Part shown: positions 1 to 9,462 of the stretch, piece after piece
Position numbering within the stretch: position 1 is the first letter of the stretch
How the letters are laid out: every line of letters starts with the position of its first letter
Assembly (NCBI GenBank): GCA_964416335.1
Contig: CAYQDN010000004.1
Span: 64,518 to 128,517, forward strand
DNA: 64,000 nucleotides
From: an uncultured Azospirillum sp.
Lineage (GTDB): Bacteria; Pseudomonadota; Alphaproteobacteria; CACIAM-22H2
Direction: 5' to 3'
Notes under the pieces: model-generated
Database searches by the model: none
Told to the model about the DNA's origin: nothing
The model's input: only the letters and a program-made list of their open reading frames with translations
Made by a program: the position numbers and the translations under genes

Positions 1-152
1 ATTCCCGGACCAGACTCTGGATGTCGCTCGAGAATTCCAAGAAACCCATCCCGTCCGGATTATGGTATCGTGACTGCGGTATAATTCGCGGGCGACGTTA
101 GCACGTCCGCGGGCCGGTGGAAGGTTTACGGGCGGTTTCCCGGAGAAGATCG

Positions 153-392
153 ATGGGCGTGCGTCTGACAATCGTCACATTTGCAGCAGCGCTGGCGCTG
201 GCGGGACCGGCCCTTGCCGAAGACCCGCGGCCCAACAGCTCGCCGCCCAAGGTCAACAAGGACGCGGACAACATCAACGCGTCGAACCCGCGCGTGTTCC
301 ACGCAGGTCCGGGCAAGCCGCTGCAAGGCGGCGTCTGGGTGCCGCCGTCGGCCGCACCCAAGCCCACCAAGCCCGCCGAAGGCGGGCACTAA
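153..392 (+). CDS. small secreted Pro/Lys-rich protein (hypothetical)
   Basis: ATG at 153 is preceded by GGAGAAG. The N-terminus MGVRLTIVTFAAALALAGPALA reads as a signal peptide, and the remainder is a low-complexity P/K/A-rich mature part. The ORF track starts at a GTG at 117. Confidence 0.4.
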   Translation: MGVRLTIVTFAAALALAGPALAEDPRPNSSPPKVNKDADNINASNPRVFHAGPGKPLQGGVWVPPSAAPKPTKPAEGGH

Positions 393-405
393 CCCATTCG
401 GGAAA

Positions 406-828
406 TCAGGGGGCGACGGGTGCCGGTGTCGACTGCAGCGCCGGGCCCGATGCCGGCGTGAGTTCGGTGCACTCGGTCACGCCGCCGAGCGTGCGGATGC
501 AGCGGAAGCGCGCGTTGGGATCGGGCTTGGGCGGCGGCTCGCCGTTGAAGCGCGCGAGCTGGTCGCAGACCAGGGCGCGGTCGCCGGTCATGTACAGGCC
601 TTCGCAGCGCCCAGGCAGGAAATTGGGCCCCAGCAGGATCGCGGCCCCGTAGAAGCCGGCGCCGAAATTGTCGGTATAGGGCGTGGTGAAGGTCTTGATC
701 TTGTCCGGAACGGCGCTCAGCGGCGGACTCCCCTGGAAGTTCGGGGTGTGCGTGGTGCACGCGGCAAGCCCCATGCCCAGGAGGAGCACGGCGGCGACGG
801 TCCGGATCTGGCGGGTTATCTTGAACAT
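406..828 (-). CDS. putative lipoprotein (hypothetical)
   Basis: N-terminus MFKITRQIRTVAAVLLLGMGLAAC has a lipobox (L-A-A-C) after a hydrophobic core. Sequence composition is unbiased. An alternative TTG start lies at 846. Confidence 0.5.
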   Translation of the reverse strand: MFKITRQIRTVAAVLLLGMGLAACTTHTPNFQGSPPLSAVPDKIKTFTTPYTDNFGAGFYGAAILLGPNFLPGRCEGLYMTGDRALVCDQLARFNGEPPPKPDPNARFRCIRTLGGVTECTELTPASGPALQSTPAPVAP

Positions 829-879
829 ATCTAAAATTTGAACCAAATTGATTAAGAAAGCGTAAATCCCGGCCGGTTT

Positions 880-1710
880 TCAGCCATTCGCCCGGTAGAT
901 GGCCAAGTCATGGAAAAACCCGTCAAAAGCGGCCTTCGGGGTCTGGCCCGTGGCCGCTTCGAAGCGCACGACGGCCTCCAGCGGCAGGGTTCGGACCGGG
1001 GCGAACAGGTTGTCGAACACGGTCAGGAAGTCGGCCTTGGTGAACTGGGCGACGTCGAGCCCGTCGCCGATCTGGACGTACTTGTTGGGGGCGAGGCTCA
1101 CCGAGGTCTGCTTGTGCTGCATGATGCGGAAGAACCATTCGCGGCGCGTGTCGAAGCGCTTGAAGGCCTGCGCGATCTTGACGAGGACGGCCCAGAAGAT
1201 CGCCTGCGCGCGCGGCTCGGCGTAGAAATCGTCCCACGTGAAGGCTTCGCCCAGACGCTCGCGCTGCTCGTCGACGATGGCCGAGCACTGCGCGTTCCAC
1301 TCGGATTCCTCGTCGCCGACCAGCGAGTGGATGAAGAAGAAGAAGTTGTGCAGCATGCCGCGGTCGAGCTGCTGGGACTGGAAGAAGTCCGACAGCGGAT
1401 GCAGCACGAGCCGGCCGAACGCGTTGGTGCGGCGGTTGACCTGCTGGGCATCGACGATCGTGCTGACGATCTGCGCGAAGACCGCCCGGTAAAAGTTGTC
1501 CATCTCGCCGGAGACCTTCATCGCCTCGGCGATGCGCTCGACGTCGTCCGGGCCGATCTTGCCGCCGAGCCGGTCGACTTCGGCTTCCACCGTCTTGACG
1601 AATGCGTCGAGCATCGTGACGACGGCGTGGCGGATCTGCAGGGGGCCTTTGGCGAACATGATGCCGGGACTGTAGCCGCTGGGACCGCGGATGGGAACCG
1701 TTCCGGGCAC
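880..1710 (-). CDS. conserved hypothetical protein
   Basis: 276-aa ORF with balanced, non-Arg-rich composition, unlike the overlapping frames. Acidic E-rich patches (DEESEW, VDEQRER) hint at a ferritin-like or di-iron fold, but no family could be assigned by eye. Confidence 0.45.
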   Translation of the reverse strand: MPGTVPIRGPSGYSPGIMFAKGPLQIRHAVVTMLDAFVKTVEAEVDRLGGKIGPDDVERIAEAMKVSGEMDNFYRAVFAQIVSTIVDAQQVNRRTNAFGRLVLHPLSDFFQSQQLDRGMLHNFFFFIHSLVGDEESEWNAQCSAIVDEQRERLGEAFTWDDFYAEPRAQAIFWAVLVKIAQAFKRFDTRREWFFRIMQHKQTSVSLAPNKYVQIGDGLDVAQFTKADFLTVFDNLFAPVRTLPLEAVVRFEAATGQTPKAAFDGFFHDLAIYRANG

Positions 1711-1732
1711 TTAAGGGGGGTGCGGCCTGCGG

Positions 1733-2752
1733 TTGCCGGATGCTAGGCTCCGGTCCGGAGACTCCAGAAGGAAAACAGGGTTGGCGAACGATCCAGCGCT
1801 CTATTCCGGCAAGACGATCCTCGTGACGGGGGCGACCGGGCTCTACGGCCGGGCGCTCATTCCCCGGCTGGTTGCGTCGGGGGCGCGGGTGCGCGCCGTA
1901 TCGACCCGACCGCCGCCGCAAGATTTCCCGAAGGGCCCCGCGGTCGAGCATCTGGCGGGCGATCTCACCGACAAGGCCTTCGCCGACCGCATTGCCGTCG
2001 GGGCCGACGGCCTGTTCCATCTGGCCGGGCGGCGCGGATCGATCGCGATCCAGATCAAGCACGGCGCCACGCTGCTGGCGCAGAACACGCTCGTCTGCAT
2101 GAACACGCTCGAGGCGGCACGCCGTGCGAACGTGGCGCGCATCGTCTACACGAGCACCGTGTCGGTCTATCCGCCGCTCGAGACGTATCGCGAGGATCTC
2201 GCCTGGTCGGCCAACCCGCATCCGGGCAACGAATACGTCGCCTGGTCCAAGCGCATCGTCGAGAAGCTGATCGAGGCCTACGCGATCGAATACGGCATGA
2301 AGAACATCGCGGTCGTCCGGCCGGTCAACACGTTCGGTCCCCACGACGATTTCGACCCGAAGACGGCGCTCGTCGTGCCGGCCCTGATCTCGCGCGCGCT
2401 TTCGGGCGAGGATCCGTTCACCGTTTGGGGCGACGGGTCGGCCGTGCGCGACTTCCTCTATGTCGACGATGCGGTCGACGGGCTGCTTGCGGCCTACGAG
2501 CGCGGGCTGGGCGCGGGGCCGGTCAATCTCGGCAGCGGGCGCGGCTATACGGTGCGCGAAGTGGTGGCGAGCGTGCTCGCCCATGCCGGCACCTCGCCGA
2601 AGATCGTCTGGGACACGACCAAGCCCGCGGGCGAGGCGCGCAAGGTGGCCGACACCGCGCGCGCGCGCGCGATCCTGGGCTTCGCGCCGCGCGTCGGCCT
2701 CGACGAGGGCATTCGCCGCACGATCGAGTGGTACAGCACCTCGCGGCGCTGA
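1733..2752 (+). CDS. NAD-dependent epimerase/dehydratase (extended SDR)
   Basis: Rossmann motif ILVTGATGLYG near the N-terminus and the catalytic YxxxK (YVAWSKRIVEK). Overall layout matches GDP-sugar epimerase/reductase enzymes. The ORF-track start is TTG, so the true start is uncertain. Confidence 0.8.
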   Translation: MPDARLRSGDSRRKTGLANDPALYSGKTILVTGATGLYGRALIPRLVASGARVRAVSTRPPPQDFPKGPAVEHLAGDLTDKAFADRIAVGADGLFHLAGRRGSIAIQIKHGATLLAQNTLVCMNTLEAARRANVARIVYTSTVSVYPPLETYREDLAWSANPHPGNEYVAWSKRIVEKLIEAYAIEYGMKNIAVVRPVNTFGPHDDFDPKTALVVPALISRALSGEDPFTVWGDGSAVRDFLYVDDAVDGLLAAYERGLGAGPVNLGSGRGYTVREVVASVLAHAGTSPKIVWDTTKPAGEARKVADTARARAILGFAPRVGLDEGIRRTIEWYSTSRR

Positions 2753-2759
2753 AATCCCG

Positions 2760-3953
2760 TCAGTCCGGCCAGCGGAGCAGGCGCTCGAAGCGCTGCGCCT
2801 TGCGTTCGGCGGCCGTGCGCTGCGACGGCTCGTTGCGCTTCAGCGCCAGATCGAGCTCCGCGACGACCCGCTCGGCGACGATCGCCGCCTCGCCCGGATG
2901 GAGGTTGCACGGATCGAGCTGGAAGAAGCCCAGCTCGACCTCGTGGTCGCGCACGATGACCGGCGGGTCGCCCGCGGCAAGCGCGTCGGCAAGATCCCAC
3001 GCCGTCGTCCGGGCGACCGCCGGATCGACCGACAGCGTCAGCCGGTCGAGCGGATTGTCCGTCGGGTCCGGGTCGATCCGCGCGACGATTCCCGGCAGGC
3101 CTGCGAACCGGCGGACCCACAGATCGAGATGGCCGCGTTCGGTCGCGCGGATGCCGGCATGGTCGCGCCGCTCCCACGCCTCGAGTGCGGCGATGGTCGC
3201 GGCGATGCTTTCCTTGCCCACCTTCATGCCGCGGCCGATGCCGTTGTTCTGCAGGAACGTCGCGCGGATGAGGTCCTTGCGCCCGGCGCAGATGCCCGCC
3301 GTCATGCCGCCGAGGAACTTGTGCGCACTGTAGATCGCGACGTCCGCGCCGGCGGCGATGAAGCCCTTGAGGTCGTATTCGGAAGCGAGATCGGCGATCA
3401 CCGGCACGCCCTTGGCGTGGCAGATGCGCGCGAACGCGTCGAGCGGCAGCTGCCCGAACTGCACGGTGTGGTGCGACACGACATAGAGGGCCGCCGCCGT
3501 GCGTTCGGTGATCTTGCCATCGAGCTGGTAGTGCCGCGCGTCGGTGACGTTGCCCACGGGCACGGCCCTGGCGCCGGCAAGGCGGATCGCCTGCTCGATA
3601 TTGGCGCCGTAGCCGGTCATGTGGCCCATCAGGATGACGACTTCGTCCTTCATGCCGGTCGCGTCGGGCAGCTGCTCGACGCGCGGCAGGTTCGCCCCGG
3701 TCATGGCACCCGCGATCGCCAGCGTGATGCCGGCCGATGCGCTGGCGGTGACGAAGCCGGCTTCGGCGCCGCACAGGCGGGCGATCGTCCTGCTCGCCTT
3801 GCGGTGCAGGTCGTTGACCTCGACCCACGCGGGCAGGATCTCCGACGCGGTTGCGACGACTTCGGGGACCGCGATCGAAGCGCCCAGTGCCGTCATCGTT
3901 CCCGAGACGTTGATGATCGGCCTCAATCCAAGGCGCTTGCGGATGTCGGGCAT
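2760..3953 (-). CDS. SelA-family (L-seryl-tRNA(Sec) selenium transferase-like / DgaE-like) PLP-dependent enzyme
   Basis: The motif SAHKFLGG with a candidate PLP lysine, and the fold-type-I layout, are typical of the SelA/DgaE family. It sits directly downstream of the amino-acid ABC transporter operon. Confidence 0.7.
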   Translation of the reverse strand: MPDIRKRLGLRPIINVSGTMTALGASIAVPEVVATASEILPAWVEVNDLHRKASRTIARLCGAEAGFVTASASAGITLAIAGAMTGANLPRVEQLPDATGMKDEVVILMGHMTGYGANIEQAIRLAGARAVPVGNVTDARHYQLDGKITERTAAALYVVSHHTVQFGQLPLDAFARICHAKGVPVIADLASEYDLKGFIAAGADVAIYSAHKFLGGMTAGICAGRKDLIRATFLQNNGIGRGMKVGKESIAATIAALEAWERRDHAGIRATERGHLDLWVRRFAGLPGIVARIDPDPTDNPLDRLTLSVDPAVARTTAWDLADALAAGDPPVIVRDHEVELGFFQLDPCNLHPGEAAIVAERVVAELDLALKRNEPSQRTAAERKAQRFERLLRWPD

Positions 3954-3982
3954 GTCGGTCTGGTTCCTTCGGATCGGGCGGT

Positions 3983-4762
3983 TCAGTGCATCTCGAGGCG
4001 CGCAAGGAACGCCTTGAGGCGTTCGTGGCGCGGGCTCATCAGCAGTTCGCGCGGCGGGCCTTCCTCGACCTTCAGGCCGCCATCCATGAAGACGAGCCGC
4101 GTGCCGACGTCGCGCGCGAAGATCATCTCGTGCGTGACGACGATCATCGTCATGCCGTCGGCGGCAAGCTGGCGCACGACGGTCAGCACCTCGCCGACCA
4201 GTTCCGGGTCGAGCGAGGAGGTGATCTCGTCGAGCAGCAGCACCTTGGGATCCATCGCGACGGCGCGCGCGATGCCCACGCGCTGCTGCTGGCCGCCGGA
4301 AAGCTGGCCGGGGAAATTGTCCATGCGGTCGGCGAGCCCGACCTTGGCGAGCCAGTGCTCGGCGCGCGCGCGCGCCTCGGCCCTGGCCATGCCGCGGACC
4401 TTCGTGAGGCCGAGCATGACGTTCTCGCGCGCGTTGAGGTGCGGGAACAGGTTGAAGAGCTGGAACACCATGCCGATGTCGGCCCGGATCGCGGAAAGCT
4501 CGCGCTCGCCCCGCGCGCGCCTTGCGGGGCCTCCGCTCTCGCGGAAGCCGACCTCGACCCCGTCGACGGTGATCGAGCCGTCGTCGTAGCTTTCCAGCGC
4601 GTTGATGCAGCGCAGCAGCGTCGTCTTGCCGCTGCCCGAGGCGCCGATGATGACGACGGTCTCGCCCGTCTTCACGTCGATATCCACGCCGTTGAGCACC
4701 GACGTGGCGCCGAAGCTCTTCTTCAGGTTCCGGATCGCGACCAGCGGCTTATCCATCGTCAT
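3983..4762 (-). CDS. amino-acid ABC transporter ATP-binding protein
   Basis: Walker [10 protein letters not shown], the signature LSGGQQQRV, Walker [12 protein letters not shown] and an H-loop are all present. The start MTMDKP at 4762 overlaps the upstream permease stop (ATGA). The ORF-track 5-prime extension is an Arg-rich artefact. Confidence 0.9.
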   Translation of the reverse strand: MTMDKPLVAIRNLKKSFGATSVLNGVDIDVKTGETVVIIGASGSGKTTLLRCINALESYDDGSITVDGVEVGFRESGGPARRARGERELSAIRADIGMVFQLFNLFPHLNARENVMLGLTKVRGMARAEARARAEHWLAKVGLADRMDNFPGQLSGGQQQRVGIARAVAMDPKVLLLDEITSSLDPELVGEVLTVVRQLAADGMTMIVVTHEMIFARDVGTRLVFMDGGLKVEEGPPRELLMSPRHERLKAFLARLEMH

Positions 4763-5418
4763 TCGCGCACATAGGCGTAGCGCCCCTCGAGTGTCTGGCT
4801 CAGCCGGCTGAGGCTGTAGTTGATCACGAAATAGATCGCCGCGGCGAGCAGGTAGATCGGCAGCGGCTCGTAGGTCCGCCCGATCACCTGCTGCGAGGCG
4901 AGCATCAGGTCGACGATGCCCACGAGCGACACCAGCGAGGAACCCTTGACCGCGTCGGTCACCGAATTGATCCAGGGCGGCAGGAAGCGGCGGATCGCCT
5001 GCGGGAAGATCACGTAGGCAAGCCGCTGGCCGAAGGTGAGGCCGATCGCCTTGCCCGCGTCGATCTGGCCGCGCGAGATCGACTGGATCGCCCCGCGCGC
5101 GATCTCGCTGACATGCGCCGTCTTGAACATGGCGAGGGCGAGGAGGACGGCCGGCAGCGGCTGCAGGTTCAGGCCCGCGAACGGCAGCAGGTAGTAGATC
5201 GTGAAGATGACGACGAGCAGCGGCGTGCCGCGCAGGATGTCGGAATAGACGCGCAAAGGGGCACGCACCCACCACGGCCCGTAGACCAGCGCCACGCCGA
5301 ACGCGGTACCGACCACGACCGACGCGGCGACGACCACGGCCGAGACGAAGAGCGTCATCGTCAGGCCCTGCCAGAGGAAGGGCAGCGTGGCGGCGATGAA
5401 ATCGAGCCAGCCGGTCAT
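4759..5418 (-). CDS. amino-acid ABC transporter permease
   Basis: Polar-amino-acid permease family with the EAA-like region IARGAIQSISRGQIDAGKAIGLT. Start MTGWLDF at 5418 overlaps the upstream permease stop (ATGA). Confidence 0.85.
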   Translation of the reverse strand: MTGWLDFIAATLPFLWQGLTMTLFVSAVVVAASVVVGTAFGVALVYGPWWVRAPLRVYSDILRGTPLLVVIFTIYYLLPFAGLNLQPLPAVLLALAMFKTAHVSEIARGAIQSISRGQIDAGKAIGLTFGQRLAYVIFPQAIRRFLPPWINSVTDAVKGSSLVSLVGIVDLMLASQQVIGRTYEPLPIYLLAAAIYFVINYSLSRLSQTLEGRYAYVRE

Positions 5419-6086
5419 TTGCGCCTGTCCGTGACCAGCGCGCGCTCGAGCATGCGCAGGGCGGCAAGAATGAGATAGCCGGTGACCAGATACATCGGTG
5501 CCGTGACGATCCACACCTCGACCGCGCGGAACGTGTTCGTCTTGATCCAGTTGGCGCCGTAGGTGAGCTCGGGCACGGCGATCACCGAGGCGAGCGACGT
5601 GTCCTTGAACAGCGAGATGAAGGCGTTGGACAGCGACGGCAGCACGATGCGCAGCATGATCGGCATGCGGACATGGATCAGCCGCTGCCAGGGCGTGAGC
5701 CCGATCGCCTTGCCCGCGTCGATGGCGCCCTTCGGGATCGCGTCGAGGCCGGCGCGGAAGACCTCGACCAGATAGGCGCCGGCATAGAGCGAGAGCGTGG
5801 CCACGAAACTCTCGGTCGCGTCGTAGGCGAAGCCGCCGGCCGACGGGATCCCGTAGAAGACGAGATAGACCAGCAGCAGCAGCGGCACGTTGCGGATGAA
5901 CTCGACATAGGCCGAGACGGCCGTGCGCACGAGCCGGCCGCCGCCGGTATAGGCGACGGCGAGCAGGAAGCCGATGACGCAGCCCAGCAGGATCGAGACG
6001 ATCGCAAGCTCGATCGAAAGCGCCAGCCCCCACCAGAGCCGGTCGGCATAGCGCCAGATGAAATTGAAGTTGAGATAGTACTCCAT
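5415..6086 (-). CDS. amino-acid ABC transporter permease
   Basis: Paralogous permease carrying AGLDAIPKGAIDAGKAIGLTPWQ. Hydrophobic helices throughout. Confidence 0.85.
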   Translation of the reverse strand: MEYYLNFNFIWRYADRLWWGLALSIELAIVSILLGCVIGFLLAVAYTGGGRLVRTAVSAYVEFIRNVPLLLLVYLVFYGIPSAGGFAYDATESFVATLSLYAGAYLVEVFRAGLDAIPKGAIDAGKAIGLTPWQRLIHVRMPIMLRIVLPSLSNAFISLFKDTSLASVIAVPELTYGANWIKTNTFRAVEVWIVTAPMYLVTGYLILAALRMLERALVTDRRK

Positions 6087-6096
6087 CGAGCGGTCC

Positions 6097-6121
6097 GTCC
6101 CCGCACGACAGGTGCGGGGAC
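6097..6121 (-). promoter_or_regulatory. intercistronic stem-loop between the binding-protein gene and the first permease gene
   Basis: Perfect 10-bp inverted repeat GTCCCCGCAC-gacag-GTGCGGGGAC in the 46-nt gap between the binding-protein stop (6133) and the permease start (6086). Confidence 0.5.
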
Positions 6122-6132
6122 GGGATCGGGGC

Positions 6133-7017
6133 TCAGATGTTCGGGAAGCCCGGCACGCGCCGGGGCGGCTGGGTCGCGAAGAAGTCCTGGAAGGCCTTGT
6201 CGTAGAGATCCGTCTGGTGGCCGTGCATGTTGACGTTCAGCGTCGTGTCGACGAACGACAGCCAGTCGAGATCGCCCTGGCGCAGGGCCGCGGAATAGAG
6301 CTGCGTTTCGTAGTGGAAGCCCGAATCGAGGTACTTGTCCGGATTGCGCTTCACGAGCCAGCCGACCGTCGAGAGATCGATGACCGCGGCGTCCACGCGG
6401 CCGGAATCGAGCGCCTGGATCGTGTTGGCCTGCGTGTCGAGCTGCAGGACTTGCGCGTTGGGCAGCGCCTTCTTGACGAGCTTGTCGGCATCGACGTTCT
6501 GCAGCACCGACGCCTTGGCGGCCGTACCGGCGTCGATCAGTTCCTTGTGCGTCTTGAGCTTGCCCTTCGACGAGGTCAGCAGCGCCACGCCCTCGACATA
6601 GTAGGGGCGCGAGAAGTTGACGAGCTGGGCGCGCGCGGGCGAGACGGTCATGAACTGGATGACGCAGTCGATCTTGCCGGTGACGAGGTTGGGGATGCGC
6701 GCCGCCGGTTCCTGGCGCACGAACTCGACCTTGGTCGGGTCGTCGAACAGGCCGCGGGCGAGGATCTGCGCGATCGTGATGTCCATGCCGGTGAGCTGGC
6801 CCTTCTCGTCCTCGAAGTGCCAGGGCGCGTTGGTCGAGCCCGTCCCGACGATGAGCTTGCCGCGGTTGAGCACGGTGCGCAGCGTGCTGCCGGGGGCGGA
6901 CTGGGCGGCGGCCTGCTGGGCCATGCCGGAAAGGGCGAGGCCGGCCCCGGCGGCGACGGCGCCGAACTTGAGGAAATCGCGGCGCTGCGTGTCGCGCTGG
7001 TCGTTCGGATTTTCCAT
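6133..7017 (-). CDS. amino-acid ABC transporter periplasmic substrate-binding protein (Tat signal)
   Basis: Twin-arginine motif RRDFLKFGAVAAGAGLA, followed by a family-3 solute-binding fold. ATG at 7017 is preceded by AGGGG. The ORF track starts at a GTG at 7023. Confidence 0.85.
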   Translation of the reverse strand: MENPNDQRDTQRRDFLKFGAVAAGAGLALSGMAQQAAAQSAPGSTLRTVLNRGKLIVGTGSTNAPWHFEDEKGQLTGMDITIAQILARGLFDDPTKVEFVRQEPAARIPNLVTGKIDCVIQFMTVSPARAQLVNFSRPYYVEGVALLTSSKGKLKTHKELIDAGTAAKASVLQNVDADKLVKKALPNAQVLQLDTQANTIQALDSGRVDAAVIDLSTVGWLVKRNPDKYLDSGFHYETQLYSAALRQGDLDWLSFVDTTLNVNMHGHQTDLYDKAFQDFFATQPPRRVPGFPNI

Positions 7018-7154
7018 TTTCACACCCCTGATTATTTTTGTTGGGTGTCAACGAAAGCAGATTGTAGTCCCCAATACAAGGCGAGGGCCCGGAACCGGCC
7101 TTGCGTGGCGGATCATGGCTGCATGAAGCGTCCGGAAGCGGGCGCCCTCGTGCG

Positions 7155-7646
7155 TCAGCGCACGGCCATGCAGCTCAGCAGGATGTCGGGCCGCATGCCG
7201 TCTTCGGACAGCGGCAGGACGATGCGCCGCGCCCCGCGGTAGTCGCGGTCGGGGAAGCCCAGCGGCATGTCGAGCGTCATCGGTTCGCCGGTCGTCACGC
7301 ACGCCGCCAGCCATTCCTCGATGTGGCGCAGCCGGCCGGGTGTTGCGACCTCGTCGAGATAGCGGTGCGTGACGTCGGCGCCGATGATGTTGACGAGCTC
7401 GGTTCCCACCAGCCGGTAGCGGAAGCGCACGGGCGGCAGCGTCGGACAGGCCGGGTGCTCGACATCGTGCAGGGCGAGATAGGGGAGGACGTTGCGGTCG
7501 ATCTCGACCATGTCGATGTCGCGCCGGGCGGGCATGCGCCGGTTGCCGCGCTTGGCCTGCCAGTAGGCATGGATGCTCGCGATCAGCGGCTCGTGCCCGC
7601 CGAAGGGCACGTGCCCGGCGAGGACCGGGGCGAGGGTTCGAAGCAT
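7155..7646 (-). CDS. hypothetical protein (possible PAS-like sensor fold)
   Basis: 163-aa ORF with balanced composition and an ATG start. No confident family assignment. Confidence 0.4.
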   Translation of the reverse strand: MLRTLAPVLAGHVPFGGHEPLIASIHAYWQAKRGNRRMPARRDIDMVEIDRNVLPYLALHDVEHPACPTLPPVRFRYRLVGTELVNIIGADVTHRYLDEVATPGRLRHIEEWLAACVTTGEPMTLDMPLGFPDRDYRGARRIVLPLSEDGMRPDILLSCMAVR

Positions 7647-7906
7647 CCGGGGACGGACTCCAGCGGCGTTCAGCGTGGTTCAGAGGCGCGGGAAATAGGG
7701 GCACGCGCCGCATTTTGCAATGCACAATTCTAATGCCGTTTCATGGAAGTTCCGGCCTTTCGGCCATACAATATTGAAATGAAGACGGATTTCGCCGAAA
7801 GCCCGTGCACTTTCGCAAAACGCACGGCTGCGTTGCAGCTGACGTCGCCGCCGAAGGCTCAGATTGCGAAAGCCGGATGCCCGCGGGGCGGAAGTTTCGT
7901 GCGCGG

Positions 7907-8659
7907 CTATTTGCGCGCCGGCTCCATGCCGGCGTTCGCAAGTACCGTCGCGGCCGCCGGGCCCGACAGATAGGCGAGCAGGGCGCGCGCCGCCTCGGGC
8001 TGGCGCGGGGCCGCGGCAAGTCCGGCCGAATAGACCGTGACGAGCTGGATCGCGGCGGGCAGCGGCCCGATCATCTTCACGCCCTTCACCGGCAGGATCT
8101 CGCTGATCTGGTGGACGACGATGTCGGCCTCGCCGCGCGCGACGATCTCGGCGACATAGCCGCCGGCCTGCACCTTCGTCTTGGGCGCCATCTCGGGGCC
8201 CAGCCCCGCCTTTTCCAGCCAGCCGCGGAAATAGATGCCGCTCGTCCCGCCCGAAGCGGGATCGACATAGGCGATGGCGCGCGCGGCGCGAAGGGCCGCG
8301 GTGAAGCTCTCGACGGTGGAGATGTCGGGGAAGGGGCCGGCCTCGCGCACGCCCACGCCGATGCCGACCGAGGCGATGTCGGACCGGCTGCCGGGTGCAA
8401 GCTTGCCCTTGGCGATCAGGGCATCGATCGCCGACGGCACGATGACGACGACGTCGTAGGCCTCGCCCGCCTCGACGCGGCGCGTGGCCCCGCCGGCGGT
8501 GTCGGCCACGAGCGTGACCTTGTGGCCGGTCGCGGTCTCGAACTGGCGCAGCATCGTCTCGACCACCGCCTTCGTGGCGCCCGTGCACAGCATGTTGATC
8601 TCGGCCGCCTGTGCCGGCAATGCTGCAAGCAGGAAGGCGAGTATGGCGGCGACGCGCAT
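7907..8659 (-). CDS. periplasmic substrate-binding protein, molybdate/tungstate (ModA)-like
   Basis: Signal peptide MRVAAILAFLLAALPAQA. PBP fold with GGATR and ASGGTSG motifs resembling oxyanion-binding ModA-type proteins. No cognate permease is adjacent. Confidence 0.65.
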   Translation of the reverse strand: MRVAAILAFLLAALPAQAAEINMLCTGATKAVVETMLRQFETATGHKVTLVADTAGGATRRVEAGEAYDVVVIVPSAIDALIAKGKLAPGSRSDIASVGIGVGVREAGPFPDISTVESFTAALRAARAIAYVDPASGGTSGIYFRGWLEKAGLGPEMAPKTKVQAGGYVAEIVARGEADIVVHQISEILPVKGVKMIGPLPAAIQLVTVYSAGLAAAPRQPEAARALLAYLSGPAAATVLANAGMEPARK

Positions 8660-8811
8660 GGGGGCCTCGATGTCTGGCGGCGGTGCCCGATGACCGCGGG
8701 ATCGCAGGGCTTCGCCACGATAGGGGCTTGCCGGAGGCTGTCAATGCGCACGGCGCACGTGGTGCCGGAGCGGCCGATGGGCTAGCCTCGAGGCAACCCG
8801 GGAGGAACGCG

Positions 8812-9450
8812 ATGAATCATGGAAACGGACCGATCCGTACGGCGCTGCTGGCCCTTTTCGCAATTCTGATTGCCGCCGGCCCTGCCGGTGCGCAAGGCGT
8901 CATCGACGAATGGGCGAGCGTGAAAGCGCCGCCGCCGCCCGCGATCGTCCGGGTCAAGGTCGACCCGAAGACGACGGCGCTGCTCGTGCTCGACCTTGCC
9001 ACGCAGACCTGCAATCCCCAGCAACGGCCGCGTTGCATCGCCATGCTGCCGCGCGTCGCACCGCTGCTCGCCAAGGCGCGCGCCGAGGGCTGGCGCGTCG
9101 TCCACACGTTGGGGGCCGCGAGCACGCCGGCGGACATCCATCCGCAGGCCGCGATGCTCGCCTCGGAGCCGGTGTTCAAGTCGGGGCCGGACAAGTTCGT
9201 CAACACCGACCTCGAGAAGACGCTCAAGGACATGGGCGTGAAGACCGTGGTCGCGATCGGGGCGGCCGCACACGGGGCGGTGCTGTTCACCGGCAGCGGG
9301 GCGGCCTTGCGCGGCTTCGACGTGATCGTGCCGGTCGACGGCATGGCCGCCGACAACGCCTATGCCGAGCAGCTGGCCGTCTGGACGCTCGCCAACGCGC
9401 CGCGCATCGGCGAGCGGGTGAAGCTGACGACGATGGGCGGCATCGACTAG
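8812..9450 (+). CDS. isochorismatase-family (cysteine hydrolase) protein with signal peptide
   Basis: ATG at 8812 follows a strong RBS GGGAGGAA. Signal peptide is followed by VLDLATQTC and a VAIGAAAHGAVLFTGSGAA core typical of isochorismatase-like hydrolases. Confidence 0.75.
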   Translation: MNHGNGPIRTALLALFAILIAAGPAGAQGVIDEWASVKAPPPPAIVRVKVDPKTTALLVLDLATQTCNPQQRPRCIAMLPRVAPLLAKARAEGWRVVHTLGAASTPADIHPQAAMLASEPVFKSGPDKFVNTDLEKTLKDMGVKTVVAIGAAAHGAVLFTGSGAALRGFDVIVPVDGMAADNAYAEQLAVWTLANAPRIGERVKLTTMGGID

Positions 9451-9462
9451 GGATTCGCCCGC

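Noticed and set aside
923-2584. 553-aa minus-strand ORF overlapping the epimerase gene and the 880-1710 gene
   Set aside because: It is extremely Arg/Pro/Ala-rich, the typical signature of an antisense or off-frame translation in high-GC DNA. The overlapping frames carry recognisable motifs (Rossmann, YxxxK).
2460-4589. 709-aa plus-strand ORF spanning the SelA-like and ABC ATPase genes
   Set aside because: Arg-rich, low-complexity antisense artefact. The real genes on the minus strand carry PLP and Walker motifs.
5678-7051. 457-aa minus-strand ORF overlapping the permease and binding-protein genes in another frame
   Set aside because: Arg/Pro-rich frame artefact. The in-frame binding-protein and permease ORFs have signal peptide and transmembrane features.
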